From: Longimicrobiales bacterium
GTDB taxonomy: Bacteria > Gemmatimonadota > Gemmatimonadetes > Longimicrobiales > Gaopeijiaceae
DNA length: 64,000 nucleotides
Assembly: GCA_965202805.1 (NCBI GenBank)
Contig: OZ241869.1
Location: forward strand, 960,001-1,024,000
Reading direction: 5' to 3'
Shown here: positions 60,649-64,000 of the stretch, in pieces
Position numbering within the stretch: the stretch's first letter is position 1
How the letters are laid out: every line of letters starts with the position of its first letter
Position numbers and translations under genes: made by a program
Notes under the pieces: generated by a model
The model's input: only the letters and a program-made list of their open reading frames with translations
Told to the model about the DNA's origin: nothing
Database searches by the model: none

Positions 60649-62022
60649 TCAGGATTCGTGCTGCCTGGTGTTCGAGGATTTCTTCTTCACCGGTCTGACC
60701 ACGCACCGATAGCCTTCGGCGCTCAGAACCCGGATGTCTTCGCCTTCGGAGATGAACTCCGAATCGGCGACGACGTCCACCCTCTCGTCGCCGAAGAGCC
60801 CGGTCCCGGCAGGACGCAGGTCCGTGAGGGCCACGCCCTCCGACCCGATCAGATCGTCGCGCCGGCGAGCCGACTCGAAGCCGTGTTCGCGGTCGGTGGC
60901 GTCCTTCAGCAGCAGGCCGGAGCGCGCGATGTGGCGGCTGCGCGGGAGGCGTCGCAGCAGGGCCCAGGAGGTTACCAGGATGATGACCAGGCTGAGCGAG
61001 ACCACGGTGCTGGCCTGGGAGAAGTCCGCGGCCGTGGGAAGGCCGCCGAGCATGCTCATGAACACGCCGCCCACGATGGCCGCGATGCCGAGCAGGCCGA
61101 AGATGCCGAAACCCGGGATCAGGAGGGCTTCCACGGCCAGGAGCCCGACACCGCCCCCAACCAGGAGAAGATCGGTCCACCCGGCCAACCCCACGATCAG
61201 GTGCGAGCCGAAGTACGCCGACAGGCAGAGGACGCCTACCAGCCCCGGAGCGCCGAGCCCGGGAGTGCGGATTTCGATGATGAGCCCCAGGAACCCCAGC
61301 GAGAGCAGGAACGGGGCGACGGTCGGGTGGGAGAGGAAGCGCACCAGGCGCTCGGACCAGTTGATCGTGTGCCTGCGGATGGGGGCTTCGCGGGCGCCGG
61401 CCACCTCCAGCACCGCGTCGAGGTCGTCGACCTCGCGCGCGTACCCGAGGGCCACGGCCTCTTCGGTGGTGAGGGTGAGGAGCTGACCCTCCTCCACCAC
61501 GTCGGGAATGGCGATGGCCTCGTCGACCATGGCTTCGGCGACCGCCGGATCGAGTTCCGCGGCCTCGGCCAGCGCGCGCATCTCGCTTCGCATCGCCGAT
61601 ACGATCTTCTCGCTGGCCTTCTGGCCGGAGCCGTCCACCGGGGTCGCCGCGCCGATCACCGAGCCGGGGCGCATGAGGATGCCGTCGGTGGCGAGGGAGA
61701 TCAGGGCGCCTGCGGACAGTGCGCGGCGATTGACATAGGCGTACACGGGAATGCCGGCGTCCGCGATGGCGTCGCCGATGCGCTCGGCGGCGTCCACGCG
61801 ACCTCCCGGGGTGTCGATGTCCAGAACGAGCGCCGCGGCGCCCTCCGCCTCCGCTTCGCGGATGGCCCGCTCGATGGAGGGTGCAAGACCAAGCTCGATC
61901 ACGCCTGTGACCGGCACCACCACCACGGGTGCACGGCCCCCGGCGTCCTGTGGCGCTTCGCCAGCGACGAATCCCAGACTCGCGCCGGCGGCGACGAAGA
62001 TCCCGCCGGCCATGACACGCAT
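60649..62022 (-). CDS. nfeD: NfeD-family membrane-bound serine protease (long form)
   Basis: IDTPGG, ALSAGALI, GAATPV, TM region and C-terminal TDLRPAG OB domain. Confidence 0.92.
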   Translation of the reverse strand: MRVMAGGIFVAAGASLGFVAGEAPQDAGGRAPVVVVPVTGVIELGLAPSIERAIREAEAEGAAALVLDIDTPGGRVDAAERIGDAIADAGIPVYAYVNRRALSAGALISLATDGILMRPGSVIGAATPVDGSGQKASEKIVSAMRSEMRALAEAAELDPAVAEAMVDEAIAIPDVVEEGQLLTLTTEEAVALGYAREVDDLDAVLEVAGAREAPIRRHTINWSERLVRFLSHPTVAPFLLSLGFLGLIIEIRTPGLGAPGLVGVLCLSAYFGSHLIVGLAGWTDLLLVGGGVGLLAVEALLIPGFGIFGLLGIAAIVGGVFMSMLGGLPTAADFSQASTVVSLSLVIILVTSWALLRRLPRSRHIARSGLLLKDATDREHGFESARRRDDLIGSEGVALTDLRPAGTGLFGDERVDVVADSEFISEGEDIRVLSAEGYRCVVRPVKKKSSNTRQHES

Positions 62023-62367
62023 TGACGTCTTCACCTGTGTCGGTCCTCCTCCTTGCCGGCCTCCGAAACCTGCGGCTCTCCGCGTCGTCCTGTAATCCCC
62101 CGGTCCGCGCGCGCCGTTCCCGCAAGTTAGCAGCCCGTGGATGAATCCGCGCGCGCCGGGAGCGGCGCCCCGTCCCGCGCGCGGCGCGAAAGGGGCGGAG
62201 CATGGCTGCGGCGTGCCCGACGGCCCGGAGTTGAAACGGCACTTGCCCGCAGGGGCGCTCCCCGGCATGGTGGCGGTGTCCCGAAGCCATTGGCCGGCCC
62301 GCGATGGATCCGGCAATCCGTTTGCCCGCCCCGTTGCGCGCGCCGCAGCCCGACTCTTCCCAACCCC

Positions 62368-64000
62368 ATGTCAGCCATGCCCATCATCGCCCGCTCCGCC
62401 CGACGCTCGCTCGCCGCTCTGGCGCTCCTGACCATCGCGCTCCCCTTCCCGGCCCGCGCCCAGGTCTCCGTCGCCGACGCCCTCTCCAGCCTGTCCCTGC
62501 GCGAGATCGGACCGGCGGTTGCGGGGGGTCGCATCGCCGACATCGAGGTGAACCCCGCCGACCCGTCCGTGTGGTACGTGGCCGTGGGCTCGGGTGGCGT
62601 GTGGAAGACGACCAACGCCGGGGTCACATGGACCCCCGTGTTCGACGACCAGCCCACCTATTCCATCGGCGACCTCGCCCTCGACCCCGCGAACCCGGAG
62701 GTGGTGTGGGCGGGCACCGGCGAGAACGTGAGCGGCCGGCACGTGGCGTGGGGCTCGGGCCTGTACCGCAGCCGCGACGGGGGCGGAAGCTGGGAGCAGG
62801 TGGGCCTCGCGGACAGCGAGCACATCGGCAAGATCCTCATCCACCCCGACGACGGGAACACCGTGCTGGTCGCGGCGGAGGGCCCGCTCTGGTCGGCCGG
62901 CGGCGAGCGCGGCGTCTACCGGACCCGCGACGGCGGCAACACCTGGCAGCAGGTGCTCGCCCTCGACGAGCACACCGGGGTGACGGACCTCGAGTTCGCG
63001 CCCGGCAACCCGGACGTGGTGTACGCCGCCGCCTTCCAGCGCCGGCGCCACGTCTGGGGCTACATGGCGGGCGGACCGTCGTCTGGCATCCACAAGTCCA
63101 CCGACGGCGGAGACAACTGGCGCGAGGTGACGCGCGGGCTCCCCTCGGGCGACATGGGCAAGATCGGGCTCGCCGTCACGCCGGCCGACCCGGACATCGT
63201 CTACGCCACCATCGAGGCCGGCGACGAGGAGCGGGGCTTCTACCGGTCCACCGACCAGGGCGAGAGCTGGGAGCAGCGCAACTCCTACATCTCCGGGGGC
63301 ACGGGCCCGCACTACTACCAGGAGATCGAAGCCTCCCCCACGGACGCCGACCTGGTGATCCAGATGGACGTGTTCTACCAGATCACGCGGGACGGCGGCG
63401 CCACCTTCGCGACCCTGGGCACGGGCCGTGAAAAGCACTCCGACAACCACGCCCTCTGGTTCGATCCCGACGACACGCGGCACATGCTCGCCGGCACCGA
63501 CGCCGGACTCTACGAGACCTTCGACGAGGGCGAGACCTGGCGTCACTTCCCCAACATGCCCATCTCGCAGTTCTACAAGGTCGCCATCTCCAACCGGGAG
63601 CCCTTCTTCGAGATTCTGGGCGGCGCGCAGGATCTGGGGACGCTGTGGGGACCCTCGCGCACCACCCATGTCGAAGGGGTGCGCAACTCGGACTGGTACT
63701 TCCCCATGGGCGCGGACGGCTACGGGGTGCAGTTCGATCCCTCGGACCCGGACATCCTCTACCTGATGACGCAGGTGGGGAACCTGTACCGCGTCGATCG
63801 CCGGAGCGACGAGGCCATCCAGATCCAGCCCCAGCCCGAAGTCGGGGATCCGCCCGAGCGCTGGAACTGGGATTCGCCCATCCTGGTCAGCCCGCACTCC
63901 ACGAGCCGCCTGTACTTCGCGTCGCAGCGCCTTTGGCGGAGCGAGGACCGGGGCGATTCCTGGACGGCGATCAGCGGCGACCTGACCACGAATACCAATC
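62368..64000 (+). CDS. Secreted BNR/VPS10-like beta-propeller glycosyl hydrolase (runs off window end)
   Basis: Signal peptide; REIGPA..GGRIADI; repeated Asp-boxes (S.DGG.TW). Confidence 0.9.
   Translation, partial: MSAMPIIARSARRSLAALALLTIALPFPARAQVSVADALSSLSLREIGPAVAGGRIADIEVNPADPSVWYVAVGSGGVWKTTNAGVTWTPVFDDQPTYSIGDLALDPANPEVVWAGTGENVSGRHVAWGSGLYRSRDGGGSWEQVGLADSEHIGKILIHPDDGNTVLVAAEGPLWSAGGERGVYRTRDGGNTWQQVLALDEHTGVTDLEFAPGNPDVVYAAAFQRRRHVWGYMAGGPSSGIHKSTDGGDNWREVTRGLPSGDMGKIGLAVTPADPDIVYATIEAGDEERGFYRSTDQGESWEQRNSYISGGTGPHYYQEIEASPTDADLVIQMDVFYQITRDGGATFATLGTGREKHSDNHALWFDPDDTRHMLAGTDAGLYETFDEGETWRHFPNMPISQFYKVAISNREPFFEILGGAQDLGTLWGPSRTTHVEGVRNSDWYFPMGADGYGVQFDPSDPDILYLMTQVGNLYRVDRRSDEAIQIQPQPEVGDPPERWNWDSPILVSPHSTSRLYFASQRLWRSEDRGDSWTAISGDLTTNTN

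Noticed and set aside
62030..62360. Long nfeD/hydrolase intergenic region considered as a riboswitch
   Set aside because: No convincing cobalamin, c-di-GMP or c-di-AMP consensus; more simply explained as divergent promoters

Overview
High-GC bacterial chromosomal window; the gene set is most consistent with Gemmatimonadota (inference, not confirmed). It opens with an rRNA operon on the minus strand (16S, tRNA-less ITS, 5' part of 23S) and carries five tRNAs (His, Arg, Pro, Sec, Leu). Housekeeping blocks include nagB, csp, rdgB, rfaE2, hemC, a 9-gene Mrp antiporter cluster, lptE, lpxH, tonB, deoC-ALDH, ridA, mlaEFD, acnA and nfeD-floA. Three accessory regions sit next to tRNAs. The main finding is an ~11.4 kb integrative mobilizable element (tyrosine integrase, oriT-like inverted repeat, MobC, MOBP-type relaxase) bounded by a perfect 19-bp direct repeat. 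That repeat corresponds to the 5' END of tRNA-Leu(CAA), so integration apparently moved the native tRNA promoter 11.35 kb away. Cargo includes a stand-alone LPD38-like polyvalent protein, a DnaJ-TM-DsbA fusion and a ParB/Srx-like protein. Also present: a probable integrase-less ~4.9 kb island at the tRNA-Sec 3' end (17-bp repeat), a mosaic of gene remnants with a brnTA module at tRNA-Pro, and three genes that appear to use ATC or CTG starts. All family assignments come from motif recognition by eye; no searches were run.
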